From NCBI GenBank assembly GCA_039920385.1, contig JBDSDR010000019.1, positions 1-47,628 of the forward strand: DNA of 47,628 bases, in the 5' to 3' direction. Shown in pieces: positions 1 through 8,690 of this stretch. The notes beneath the pieces were generated by a model. The model was not told the DNA's origin and searched no databases. It worked only from the letters and a program-made list of their open reading frames with translations. Every line of letters begins with the position of its first letter. Within the stretch, counting starts at the first letter, position 1. The position numbers and the translations under genes were made by a program. The stretch comes from Candidatus Saccharimonadales bacterium. Lineage in GTDB: Bacteria; Patescibacteriota; Saccharimonadia; Saccharimonadales; JAUPVS01.

Positions 1-390
1 ATCTCCAGCGACAAGATCAAGGCGAACCTGAACAAGGCACTCGACATGCTCCGCGATGCCCACTGGGCCTACCAGGGGGCATCTCCGCTCAGCCGGCGCC
101 ACTGGAACCACGCGTTCTTCGAGTACATCGAGGTAGACCACGACGGCAAGGTGTACAGCCGGCTGGCCGATCCGTTCGAGCAGCTCGTCGAACACGAGGT
201 CCGGTCGCGGGCCGGGCTGGATCTTTCGAACCAGGAGCCACTCTGGGTGACCCCTGGTTCGAAAGAGAGCTACTTGGCTGGGGATGAGGGATTCGAACCC
301 CCGATCGTGGAACCAGAATCCACTGCCTTACCACTTGGCCAATCCCCATTACCTCGAGGGATTATACCGAAAAAAGGTAATTTCCGCTAG
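1..390 (+). mobile_element. 3' end (5'-truncated by window) of a high-GC ORF resembling a large serine recombinase C-terminus, reading through the 3' end of tRNA-Gln
   Basis: Frame 1 is open from position 1 (ISSDKIKANLNKALDMLRDAHWAY...RRHWNHAFFEYIEV...GSKESYLAGDEGFEPP). Bases 1-240 are 152/240 (63%) GC with mostly G/C third positions. The ...GDEGFEP tail is the antisense tRNA acceptor/T-arm, a pattern typical of tRNA-integrating recombinases. No catalytic domain lies in the window. Confidence 0.5.
275..348 (-). tRNA. tRNA-Gln(CTG)
   Basis: Reverse complement TGGGGATTGGCCAAGTGGTAAGGCAGTGGATTCTGGTTCCACGATCGGGGGTTCGAATCCCTCATCCCCAGCCA. Anticodon arm GTGGA-TTCTGGT-TCCAC; encoded CCA. Confidence 0.95.
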
Positions 391-409
391 GGGTGGTAGC
401 TGTAGTAAT

Positions 410-1348
410 ATGAGTACAGTGAAATTTACCAAAAGCACCGTTTTTCGAATCATTGGTATTGCCGGCACTATTGCTGGTGCGATTATCTATGTGCGCAACC
501 CCAGCTGGCCAACACCAGATAAGATTTTGGTTTACCTAACCTTCGTCTTTATGGCCTTCGGTCAGGCTAAGGCCATGCTCAAACACCTCTTGCCGTTTAT
601 TGTCTTACTACTGGTCTACGAATCATTTCGTGGGTTGGCGTCTACCCTAAACCATAATGTTAACTACCTGTGGATGCCTGGCGTTGATAAATTATTCTTT
701 GGTAATTTACCGACCTCTACTCTGCAAAACTGGCTCTGGCAAGGCAAACCGATGTGGTGGGATTTTGGCTTCTACTTTGTGTACATGATGCATTTCATAC
801 TGCCAATTACCCTGGCGCTACTGGTCTGGAAGTTTAAAGAAAGTCATTATTGGCAGGTTGTCAGTACCTACGTAGTGGTTTCGTTCATGGGCTTCTTAAC
901 CTTTTTGCTATTCCCGGCCTCACCACCTTGGTTGGCTTCTGACAAAGGCTTAATCCAGCCGGTTGTGCATACCTCTAACTACGTCTTTGGGGCCTTAGGC
1001 TTCCATGACTTCCCAACCCTCTACAGTAAGATATCTCCCAACCCAGTGGCCGCCATACCGTCACTACATGCCGCCTACGGCACCCTGCTAGTGATTTTTA
1101 CCTACAAGTTGTTTGGCAAAAAGTGGGCGGCTTTAGCTTTTTTGTACCCGTTGATTATATACGTCGGTACCGTCTACAGTGGCGAGCATTATGTTATCGA
1201 CGAAGTTCTGGGGGCATTTTATGCTATTGCCGCTTACTTGTTAGTTCGGTGGCTTTTTAATAACACGCATTTGCAAAAAAAGTTCAATTCTTTAGTACAC
1301 TATAAGAACGATGTCCGTTCCCGCATTAAAATTCGACCACGTCAGTAA
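410..1348 (+). CDS. PAP2-superfamily membrane phosphatase/phosphotransferase (Aur1/inositol-phosphorylceramide synthase-like, PAP2_3)
   Basis: Multiple TM helices with FPASPPW, AAIPSLHAA and GEHYVIDEVLG motifs. Start moved to ATG 410 because the longer ORF overlaps the tRNA. Confidence 0.8.
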   Translation: MSTVKFTKSTVFRIIGIAGTIAGAIIYVRNPSWPTPDKILVYLTFVFMAFGQAKAMLKHLLPFIVLLLVYESFRGLASTLNHNVNYLWMPGVDKLFFGNLPTSTLQNWLWQGKPMWWDFGFYFVYMMHFILPITLALLVWKFKESHYWQVVSTYVVVSFMGFLTFLLFPASPPWLASDKGLIQPVVHTSNYVFGALGFHDFPTLYSKISPNPVAAIPSLHAAYGTLLVIFTYKLFGKKWAALAFLYPLIIYVGTVYSGEHYVIDEVLGAFYAIAAYLLVRWLFNNTHLQKKFNSLVHYKNDVRSRIKIRPRQ

Positions 1349-2213
1349 ACGTTATGGCTCCAGCCGAGGAGTCGAAGACTTAGATTTTAGTGTTCCCCAG
1401 GGTGAAATATTTGGCTTCTTAGGGCCTAACGGAGCTGGCAAGACTACCACTATCCGGATGATTATAGACGCGATTCGTCCCAGCCAAGGGTCAATTAAAG
1501 TCATGGGCCTTGATAGTCGCAATGACAGCGTTAAGGTTCACCATAAAATTGGCTATCTAAGCGGCGATATGGAGATGGATAGACGCTTAACTGGTCAGCA
1601 ATACCTAGAATATATGGCCAACCTACGTGGCAATATATCTTGGAATGCCGTTCAAAAATTGATCGATCGACTCGATTGCCAGACCGACAAAAAAATTGCT
1701 TTCTTGTCGCGTGGTAATAAGCAAAAGATTGGCCTTGTTGCCGCTCTAATGCATAACCCAGATATCTTAATTTTAGACGAGCCAACCAGCGGTCTTGATC
1801 CACTCGTTCAGCAAGAGTTTCAAAAGATTATTCAGCAACATAAGTCTCAGGGTAAATCAGCCTTTATCTCGTCGCATGTTTTAAGTGAGGTCCAGGAGAT
1901 CTGTGATCATGTTGGCTTTATCCGCGAAGGCCGACTAGTTGATGTCCAGCCGCTCAAGTCATTGGAGCGGAAAGCACTTCGTAAGGTTAGGGTGACTTTG
2001 TCACAAAAACGCCCCAAAGCTTTGGCCGGTCTGGTTGGTATACACAACCTTACGGTACATGATAAGCAAATTAGCTGCACCGTCACCGAAAACTTTTCTG
2101 GGTTAATTAAAGCCTTGGCTAGTCTACCGGTTAAAGACCTAGTAATTGAAGAAGCCAGTTTGGATGACTTATTCATGCACTACTATCAAGATAGCGAGGC
2201 AAAAGATGCTTAG
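1311..2213 (+). CDS. ABC-2 type exporter ATP-binding protein
   Basis: Walker A GPNGAGKTT, signature LSRGNKQK, Walker B ILILDEPT, H-loop SSH. Confidence 0.92.
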   Translation: MSVPALKFDHVSKRYGSSRGVEDLDFSVPQGEIFGFLGPNGAGKTTTIRMIIDAIRPSQGSIKVMGLDSRNDSVKVHHKIGYLSGDMEMDRRLTGQQYLEYMANLRGNISWNAVQKLIDRLDCQTDKKIAFLSRGNKQKIGLVAALMHNPDILILDEPTSGLDPLVQQEFQKIIQQHKSQGKSAFISSHVLSEVQEICDHVGFIREGRLVDVQPLKSLERKALRKVRVTLSQKRPKALAGLVGIHNLTVHDKQISCTVTENFSGLIKALASLPVKDLVIEEASLDDLFMHYYQDSEAKDA

Positions 2214-3003
2214 TAACGTCTTCCGCAAAACAATTTACGAAAAGCGCTGGTTCTTGCTGTCTTGGTCGCTTGGTATTATTGCCATGACCATACTAACGAT
2301 GATTTTCTACCCCTATTTTAAGGACGCGGGTTTTGATGAGTTAATCAACAGTCTACCTAAGTCATTTGAGGGTCTCTTGGGTGAAGCTAACAATTACCGA
2401 ACAGTTGGCGGCTATGTGGGCGAGCAGATATTCGCTATGCGCCTGCCGATGCTAGTTTTAATTATGGTAATTACCCTATTTACTGGCATTGGTGTTGGCG
2501 ACGAAAACCGCGGCAACCTAGAGACCTTGTTAGCCCAACCAATTTCGCGGGCAACTGTTTACTGGCACAAGTTTTTGGCAGCTTGCCTAATTACAGCGAT
2601 TGCCTGTGCGGCAATTTTTGTAGCGGTTTGCCTTAGTTTTATTAGTATCCACGACACCATGAACCTCACTCGTCTAGCCGAAGCCAGCCTTGCTTGTTGG
2701 CTGTTAGGTGTAACTGTTGGCGCCTTTACCTATGCTATCGGTGCCATCAGTGGTCGGCGCAGTTTAACAATCGGTTTGGCCAGTGGTATTACCTTTTTAA
2801 GCTTCCTAATTAGTTCGATGGCGCCAGCCGTCGCCGGACTTAAGCAAGTTCAGAAATTATCTATCTTCTACTACTACAATACCCCCGCGGTAGCTCAACA
2901 TGGCCTGCAGTTGCGCAACACTGTGGTACTAGTGGGGATTAGTTTATTCTTTGTTCTGGTTGGTTTAGTCGTCTTCCAACGACGCGACCTTGTACGTGAC
3001 TAA
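2206..3003 (+). CDS. ABC-2 type exporter permease
   Basis: About 6 TM helices, DENRGNLETLLAQPISR loop, C-terminal FQRRDL. ATG 2206 overlaps the ATPase stop. Confidence 0.85.
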   Translation: MLSNVFRKTIYEKRWFLLSWSLGIIAMTILTMIFYPYFKDAGFDELINSLPKSFEGLLGEANNYRTVGGYVGEQIFAMRLPMLVLIMVITLFTGIGVGDENRGNLETLLAQPISRATVYWHKFLAACLITAIACAAIFVAVCLSFISIHDTMNLTRLAEASLACWLLGVTVGAFTYAIGAISGRRSLTIGLASGITFLSFLISSMAPAVAGLKQVQKLSIFYYYNTPAVAQHGLQLRNTVVLVGISLFFVLVGLVVFQRRDLVRD

Positions 3004-3280
3004 CTGGTAACCAGCCAAACTGGCGGCTATCGGTACTCTTTAAAGGATTATCGCCCAGCAAATATATCTGACCGTCTTTGACATCTTGGATTCGTTTAAT
3101 TTTCTCTAGGCCATTATGGTGAACTACAACCACACTGCCTGGTCGTGGTTTAGCCCAGCGCCAGACCACTACAAGTTGACCGTTTAACAGCGTTGGCTCC
3201 ATGCTTCGGCCGCTAACCCGCCGAATGGCAAACGGCAGTTTAGGCTTTTTTGGTTTCTGTAAAGATTGCGGCGATGTCAT
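2939..3280 (-). CDS. sodX: Nickel-SOD maturation protease (S26 signal-peptidase-like)
   Basis: VSGRSMEPTL (catalytic Ser), IKRI (Lys), GDN..STDSRQFG; immediately downstream of sodN. Start uncertain (ATG 3280 or TTG 3283). Confidence 0.85.
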   Translation of the reverse strand: MTSPQSLQKPKKPKLPFAIRRVSGRSMEPTLLNGQLVVVWRWAKPRPGSVVVVHHNGLEKIKRIQDVKDGQIYLLGDNPLKSTDSRQFGWLPVSHVQGRVVGRRLNQPEQRIN

Positions 3281-3626
3281 CAATCATGTCCAAAAGCTTT
3301 TGACCCTCTTCTGGGTTGACTGACTTTTTACAGTTACCGGCTTGCTTGGTAGCCTGCCAAAATTTATCGTGCAAATCGGGGTACTTCTCGAGGTGCTCCG
3401 GTTTAAAGTAATCTGTCCATAGCACCCACAAGTGATGTTTAACTAGTTCGGCACGCTGCTCTTTAATAATAATGGCGCGGATCTTATCTTCTTCATGTAA
3501 ATCTGGACCATACTTGTCCATAATCGCCTTGACCGACTCAGCCTCAATGCGAGCTTGGGCCGGATCGTAGACACCGCATGGCAAATCGCAATGCGCGTAA
3601 ACTGGTTTTATAAATGGTAGTTTCAT
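3240..3626 (-). CDS. sodN: Nickel superoxide dismutase precursor
   Basis: Ni-hook HCDLPCGVYDP after an 11-aa propeptide; conserved VKHHLWVLWTDYFK helix. Confidence 0.95.
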   Translation of the reverse strand: MKLPFIKPVYAHCDLPCGVYDPAQARIEAESVKAIMDKYGPDLHEEDKIRAIIIKEQRAELVKHHLWVLWTDYFKPEHLEKYPDLHDKFWQATKQAGNCKKSVNPEEGQKLLDMIDDIAAIFTETKKA

Positions 3627-3659
3627 GAGGCCCCCTAGTTATACTTATATTATAGCAAA

Positions 3660-4526
3660 CTAGTCATCTTGATCATGGAGGTCATACTGATCGCCAAAAG
3701 ACTGATAATAGGCAGCAGCGTCGCGTGGTTCGAGACTGCTAAAGTGAGCCCTAATTTGCTGTGCACCATAGCAAGCTTGTTGAGATCGGGCAATCCGACC
3801 GACGACTTTTTCTGCCATTTGGTGACTGTCAAACAGAGCATGCTTAAGAAGTGTCTCGCCTAAACGAATTAATCCAAAACCGGCTTTAAGGCGTTGAAAA
3901 TCCTCAAAGGCCGTCATGGTACCTTCTGGCAAAGCCAGCTTTTTTATATACTCGATGCTTGAAGTATGCTCTAGTAAAAAGCCGGGACTTTGCCCGTCGA
4001 GATCACGCATGTAGTGCCCAATCGTTCGTTGCATATAGACGGCATTACCTAAAGCATAGGTGGCCTGTTCGGCAAAAATCCAGTCCATGGCAGCACCACT
4101 TAAATCATCGGCGTGGCTTTCTCTATCGTCTTCATCCATAGTGCCAGCCCTAGCGATTTGACGCTGCCGATCATCTATATCTTCTTGCCCAACTACTAAT
4201 ATGCGTTTCCAGCTTTTAATGGCATCTTGGTTTCGAACGTCAGTATCAATTGATTTATCGTAAATCGGCTGAACATCAATCTCGGTACGTTGTCGACCTC
4301 CTTCCCAAAAAGCTGGGTAGGTACAAACCACCAAATTGAGATCGGCTAGGTGCTGCCGGAATATATCTCCAAACTCTGGGTGCAAACCCAGACGCATGGC
4401 AGTATCTGTAATAACTTCGGCCTGACCAGTCGAATAACTGGTCCCTTCATTCCGATACATAAGACGTTCGTTAGCAGTCGGAAAGTGGACCAACTTACCC
4501 ATCGCTTCGGGGTTCTCGGCTGACAT
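3660..4526 (-). CDS. Hypothetical protein (ORFan-like)
   Basis: 288-aa ORF starting 2 nt after the trmD stop; no motif recognised. Confidence 0.7.
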   Translation of the reverse strand: MSAENPEAMGKLVHFPTANERLMYRNEGTSYSTGQAEVITDTAMRLGLHPEFGDIFRQHLADLNLVVCTYPAFWEGGRQRTEIDVQPIYDKSIDTDVRNQDAIKSWKRILVVGQEDIDDRQRQIARAGTMDEDDRESHADDLSGAAMDWIFAEQATYALGNAVYMQRTIGHYMRDLDGQSPGFLLEHTSSIEYIKKLALPEGTMTAFEDFQRLKAGFGLIRLGETLLKHALFDSHQMAEKVVGRIARSQQACYGAQQIRAHFSSLEPRDAAAYYQSFGDQYDLHDQDD

Positions 4527-4528
4527 AA

Positions 4529-5182
4529 TTAGGCCGTATCCTTACTGTTGGTTTTTTGCCACTTTTCGATCTCGGCATGGTGGCCACTCAACAAAACATT
4601 TGGTACTTTGTTGCCACGAAAATCTTCGGGCCGAGTGTACTGTGGATGTTCTATCGATAGGTCATCAGCTTGGAATGATTCTTTTTCGGCGCTTGTCTCA
4701 CCACCCAAAACACCAGGTAATAGACGAACAATGCTGTCGATCATGGTCATAGTTGGGATCTCGCCACCTGTTAAGACATAATTACCTAAACAAAACTGCT
4801 GGTCGATATAATCGGTGACGCGTTCATCGTAACCTTCATAGCGTGAGCAGACAAAAATTAAATCTTGCTTTTTAGAAGCTAGCGTTTTGGCATGAGATTG
4901 CTTGTAGGTTTCACCACGGGGTGTAGCTAAGATAACTAACGCATCGGGGCTTTGCTTTTTGGCATGCTCGATAGCAGCCACTAACGGTTCTGGCTTGAGT
5001 ACCATACCATCGCCACCACCATAGGGAGTGTCATCAACTTGTTTGCGCGGTCCAATCCCGTAGTCACGCAAATTAACGTACTCAAAGGTAACGGCGCCTT
5101 GCTCCTGAGCCTTCCAAAGCATGCTGGCATTTAGCACGCCTTCGAACATCTCTGGGAACAAGCTAATGATTTGAATCTTCAT
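4529..5182 (-). CDS. trmD: tRNA (guanine37-N1)-methyltransferase
   Basis: VDDTPYGGGDGMVL, SRYEGYDERV, YVLTGGE, HPQYTRP, VPNVLLSGHHAEI. Confidence 0.97.
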   Translation of the reverse strand: MKIQIISLFPEMFEGVLNASMLWKAQEQGAVTFEYVNLRDYGIGPRKQVDDTPYGGGDGMVLKPEPLVAAIEHAKKQSPDALVILATPRGETYKQSHAKTLASKKQDLIFVCSRYEGYDERVTDYIDQQFCLGNYVLTGGEIPTMTMIDSIVRLLPGVLGGETSAEKESFQADDLSIEHPQYTRPEDFRGNKVPNVLLSGHHAEIEKWQKTNSKDTA

Positions 5183-5188
5183 TTGCTT

Positions 5189-5197
5189 ATTTTAGCA
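5189..5197 (-). promoter_or_regulatory. Extended -10 (TGcTAAAAT) 6 nt before the trmD ATG; leaderless-type promoter
   Basis: Minus strand TGCTAAAAT-AAGCAA-ATG, no SD. Confidence 0.6.
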
Positions 5198-5214
5198 TTT
5201 TATTGTGTTATTTA

Positions 5215-5640
5215 CTAGAGGTCGAGGTCGTCAAGCTCTTCGAGCTCTTTGCGGGTTTTGCTGAGGTTGCTCTCGGTGTCTTCGACTTCGTCAACTTCGG
5301 CTTCAACAGCTTCGACAGCGGCTGGCTCTTCGGTCTTTTTTTCTTCTTTTGGAGGACGGCTTTCGTCGCGTTCGCGCCGTTCCGGCTTTTCGACACCATT
5401 ATCGACAATCTTCAGGTTGTAACGAGCATCATTCTTAGTGCCAAGGGCTCGAAGTAAAGTTCGGAGGCTTTGGGCGGTTGCTCCCCGCTTACCAATCACC
5501 CGGCCGAGATCTTCTGGGTCAACGGTTAGCTCTAGTAGGACACCCTTTTCGTCAATGGTACGTTCGATACTAACAGCATCCGGTTTACCGACTAGGGATT
5601 TAACAATATACTCAATAAATTGTTGGTCAATGTCGCTCAT
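5215..5640 (-). CDS. khpA: KH-domain RNA-binding protein (KhpA/YlqC) with acidic C-terminal tail
   Basis: DLGRVIGKRGATAQSLRTLL GxxG KH motif; lies after rpsP. Confidence 0.92.
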   Translation of the reverse strand: MSDIDQQFIEYIVKSLVGKPDAVSIERTIDEKGVLLELTVDPEDLGRVIGKRGATAQSLRTLLRALGTKNDARYNLKIVDNGVEKPERRERDESRPPKEEKKTEEPAAVEAVEAEVDEVEDTESNLSKTRKELEELDDLDL

Positions 5641-5704
5641 ATAGGAACTCCCTTCCTTAACTGGTACTACCTTATTATAGCGCAGTTAATCAGCTTTAGC
5701 GGAA

Positions 5705-6145
5705 TTAAGCTTTTTCTTCGGTGGCTTCTTCGGTTTCGGCTGTGGTTGCTTCGGCAGGAGCCTCGGCTACAACTTCTTCTTCAGATGGTGCTTCTTCGGC
5801 AGGAGCAGCCGGTTCTTCAGCCTTTACTTCTTTTGGCTGGTTTTTACGAAGCTTTTCGGCATTACGTAGAGCGCCCTTTTTGTTAGCTTCTAAAACTACC
5901 CAGTCAGGTAATTTGACACCTTCTTGCTTCAATAAACTGGCCACTCGGTCAGATGGGCGAGCGCCATTTTTGAGGTACTCGGCAGCCTTATCTTTATTGA
6001 TTTGAAGGGTTTTGCTGTGCGGATCGTAACTACCTAATAGACAGACGAAACGTCCACTGGTAGGAGTCCGCCGCGAGTCCTGGACAACCATCCGGAACAT
6101 CGCATGGCCTTTGCGGCCGGTTCGTTGCAAACGAATTGCTAACAT
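5705..6145 (-). CDS. rpsP: 30S ribosomal protein S16 with Ala/Glu-rich C-terminal extension
   Basis: MLAIRLQRTGRK...VVQDSR...LGSYDP...GARPSDRV. Confidence 0.96.
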   Translation of the reverse strand: MLAIRLQRTGRKGHAMFRMVVQDSRRTPTSGRFVCLLGSYDPHSKTLQINKDKAAEYLKNGARPSDRVASLLKQEGVKLPDWVVLEANKKGALRNAEKLRKNQPKEVKAEEPAAPAEEAPSEEEVVAEAPAEATTAETEEATEEKA

Positions 6146-6225
6146 ACGCGTTATTGCTCTCTTTCTACGTTATTATTAATGCCTTATGACAATCTGACTA
6201 TTTTAACAGATGTCGACCTCTGTTG

Positions 6226-6924
6226 TCAACTCTGGTACTTGGCGAGCGCTTCGGTAGCAGCCGACTGCTGACCGGCTTGCTTGCTGGGACCGGTTCCCTT
6301 ACCGCGTAGAGTGCCATCGATAAAAACACCAACCGTGAAGACCTTGTCATGATCGGGGCCTTCTTCGCTCAATACCTTATAGACGGGAGTCCGGTTCTCG
6401 CGTGATTGGGCTTGTTCCTGCAAGCTCGACTTAGGATCCATCCAGGAGCCAGTCTTCAAAATGTCTTCAAAAGTGATTAACAAACTGTTTTCGATAAACT
6501 TCTTAGCGGCATCGTAGCCTTGATCTAAATAGATAGCGCCCAAGACTGCTTCGTAGCTATTGGCTAATATTTGGTCACGAGCTCGGTCGGTGCCGCGTTT
6601 TTCGCCCCTGCTTAGCCGTAAGAATGGCTCAAAACCAGACCGCTTGGCAGCTTCACCGATACTCTCGGTGCGCACCAAAGAACTGCGCCAGTTAGTTAAG
6701 ATGCCCTCTGGTTCGCTAAAGTTACCGTACAAAAATTGAGTAACGACCAGTTCTAAAACGGCATCTCCCAGAAACTCCAATCGTTCGTTATGAACTTGGG
6801 CAGTTTTTTTATGCTCGTTAACGTAAGACCGGTGGGTAAAGGCGGTGATTAGTAGTTGAATGTCATTGAATGTAACGCCAAGAGTTTCTTGGGCGAAAGC
6901 TTGGTAACTGTTAGAGTCTTGCAT
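6226..6924 (-). CDS. rnc: Ribonuclease III
   Basis: AFTHRSY, NERLEFLGDAVL, EAVLGAIYLD and dsRBD (DPKSSLQE...GPDHDKVF). Confidence 0.97.
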   Translation of the reverse strand: MQDSNSYQAFAQETLGVTFNDIQLLITAFTHRSYVNEHKKTAQVHNERLEFLGDAVLELVVTQFLYGNFSEPEGILTNWRSSLVRTESIGEAAKRSGFEPFLRLSRGEKRGTDRARDQILANSYEAVLGAIYLDQGYDAAKKFIENSLLITFEDILKTGSWMDPKSSLQEQAQSRENRTPVYKVLSEEGPDHDKVFTVGVFIDGTLRGKGTGPSKQAGQQSAATEALAKYQS

Positions 6925-7411
6925 CGCGAATTTTCTTTAAGGCTAGTAAAATGATTTTGCCGATGTCCTCGTATTCTATTTTATCAAGAGCTTCGGCTGT
7001 CGAAAACCACTTAATGCCATTCATCCAATCTTCTGGCACGATTTTATCGGTATCACCGAGGGCTTTAACCAAGAATATCTCGGTTGTCATCAGCACCAAA
7101 CTGGTTTGGCGGCGATAACGAAAGTTGATTTTACCAAGCCAGTTGAGGACTTTGACTTGCATTAAGCCAGTTTCTTCGCCGATTTCGCGTTGGGCGCATT
7201 CTTTGGCCGATTCGCCTTCTTCGATATGCCCCTTAGGAATGGTCCAGCGATTTTTTGCATCTTGAATTAGCAGAATTTCGAGTTGGTTCTGCTTGTTGCG
7301 GCGAAAAACAATGCCGCCGGCAGTTGGTTCACGGACAACTTCTTTAATAGTTGGCCGATGCTTGTTTACAAATTGCTTAATACCTTTAATTGGTTTTGGT
7401 CGATTAGCCAT
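6911..7411 (-). CDS. NUDIX hydrolase (Ap4A-hydrolase-like)
   Basis: WTIPKGHIEEGESAKECAQREIGEETGL Nudix box. Confidence 0.88.
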   Translation of the reverse strand: MANRPKPIKGIKQFVNKHRPTIKEVVREPTAGGIVFRRNKQNQLEILLIQDAKNRWTIPKGHIEEGESAKECAQREIGEETGLMQVKVLNWLGKINFRYRRQTSLVLMTTEIFLVKALGDTDKIVPEDWMNGIKWFSTAEALDKIEYEDIGKIILLALKKIRDARL

Positions 7412-7417
7412 AAAAAA

Positions 7418-7867
7418 TTACACTTTCTTTTCTGATTCAGGAGCTTCTTGGTCGCGAAGCACGGTACCGAGTACACCGTTAACAAATTTGGACGAATTCT
7501 CGCCGCCAAAGGCTTTGGCAAGCTCAACGGCTTCGTTAATGACAACTTTGGGTGGAACTGACGGCTCATGTAGTAACTCGTACAAACCAAGCCGCAAAAC
7601 TAGGCGATCCATCCGGGCGATTTGGTCGATTGGCCACTCTGGGGCGACTGGTTGTAAGGCGGCATCAAGTTCGTTCTGCTCTTTAATAACACCTTTGACT
7701 AACTTAATAATAAAGTCTTGGTCTTCGATGGTGTCTTTGTAACGATGAATGTTACGTTGCAGAATTTCGTCAACATCGAGGTTGGTGTCGTTACACGACA
7801 AACGAAACTCTTGTTCGTAGAGCGTTTGCAGTGCGACGATTCGGCCTAAGTGACGATTTGATGCCAT
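7418..7867 (-). CDS. nusB: Transcription antitermination factor NusB
   Basis: RHLGRIVALQTLYE, DRLVLRLGLYEL, VVINEAVELAKAF, KFVNGVLG. Confidence 0.96.
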   Translation of the reverse strand: MASNRHLGRIVALQTLYEQEFRLSCNDTNLDVDEILQRNIHRYKDTIEDQDFIIKLVKGVIKEQNELDAALQPVAPEWPIDQIARMDRLVLRLGLYELLHEPSVPPKVVINEAVELAKAFGGENSSKFVNGVLGTVLRDQEAPESEKKV

Positions 7868-7933
7868 GTTGTTAAGTTCCTCTTTTACAGGTACTGCCTA
7901 AGTACTAGTATACCTGCTGGACGTTGATAACGC

Positions 7934-8089
7934 CTATGCTTTTGTAGTAGTTTTTTTACCAAACTCTTTGCGAGTAGTAAATGCTTTAACTGGTGAACTG
8001 CCATTAACTTTGCGAGCTAATGTGAGCACCAAGTGGCTACGACGGGTTCCCGTGCGACGGGGGCTGGTTCGTTTTTTGGGCTTACCCAT
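7934..8089 (-). CDS. rpmF: 50S ribosomal protein L32 (no Zn-ribbon cysteines); absent from the ORF track (51 aa)
   Basis: Manual translation MGKPKKRTSPRRTGTRRSHLVLTLARKVNGSSPVKAFTTRKEFGKKTTTKA*. Matches the L32 N-terminal PK+RTS..R...RR.H motif; AAGGAG SD upstream. Confidence 0.88.
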   Translation of the reverse strand: MGKPKKRTSPRRTGTRRSHLVLTLARKVNGSSPVKAFTTRKEFGKKTTTKA

Positions 8090-8213
8090 AGAAAGAATGC
8101 TCCTTTTAACTGAATATTATCTGATAAACTTAACGCTATTATAGCGGAAAAACACCTTAAGCACAACCAGTAGAATTGACAAGCATAAGCTTTAGTTGTA
8201 TAATGGGCTGATT

Positions 8214-8690
8214 ATGGGTTATGCCTTTCCCGAGAAGCGACCAGCTATAGATTATCCCGATGTTGATTGGGACGCCGCTGGGTCAGAAATTGGTGCTAAA
8301 TATAACGGTATGCAATCTGCCGAATTATTAGGAATTGCCCTCGAACCAGCTGCTCTAGCAGATGCTGACTTATTTGAGCACGACATCAGCAGCGATCCTC
8401 TTGGACAAGGCTCTAGTGATGGTGAGCACTTTAACCACCGACAAGCTGTAGCCGGTGAGCTAGAGCAAGTTGTTGCCCACAAAGTCTCTGGTCGTAAGCT
8501 TATAGCTGGAGCTTTATTGGTGATTTCTGGCATTCTACTTACCAGCGACGGGCTAGTTAGCGCCGCCGAAGAACCAGTTCGCACAAACGACGCTTGTGCC
8601 GAAATAGTTAGTCAATCGCCAGTCTTTAACCCAACCGATGCCTTAATAAAACTTAGCGATTGCCGCCAAAAACAGGTACTGGACCGTTAA
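8214..8690 (+). CDS. Hypothetical protein with one hydrophobic segment
   Basis: ORF with TATAAT 9 nt before ATG 8214; LIAGALLVISGILL TM-like stretch. Confidence 0.6.
   Translation: MGYAFPEKRPAIDYPDVDWDAAGSEIGAKYNGMQSAELLGIALEPAALADADLFEHDISSDPLGQGSSDGEHFNHRQAVAGELEQVVAHKVSGRKLIAGALLVISGILLTSDGLVSAAEEPVRTNDACAEIVSQSPVFNPTDALIKLSDCRQKQVLDR

Noticed and set aside
284-409. N-terminal extension (MRDSNPRSWNQNPLPYHLANP) of the PAP2 ORF, and ORF 89..349
   Set aside because: These are translations across tRNA-Gln; the real start is likely ATG 410.
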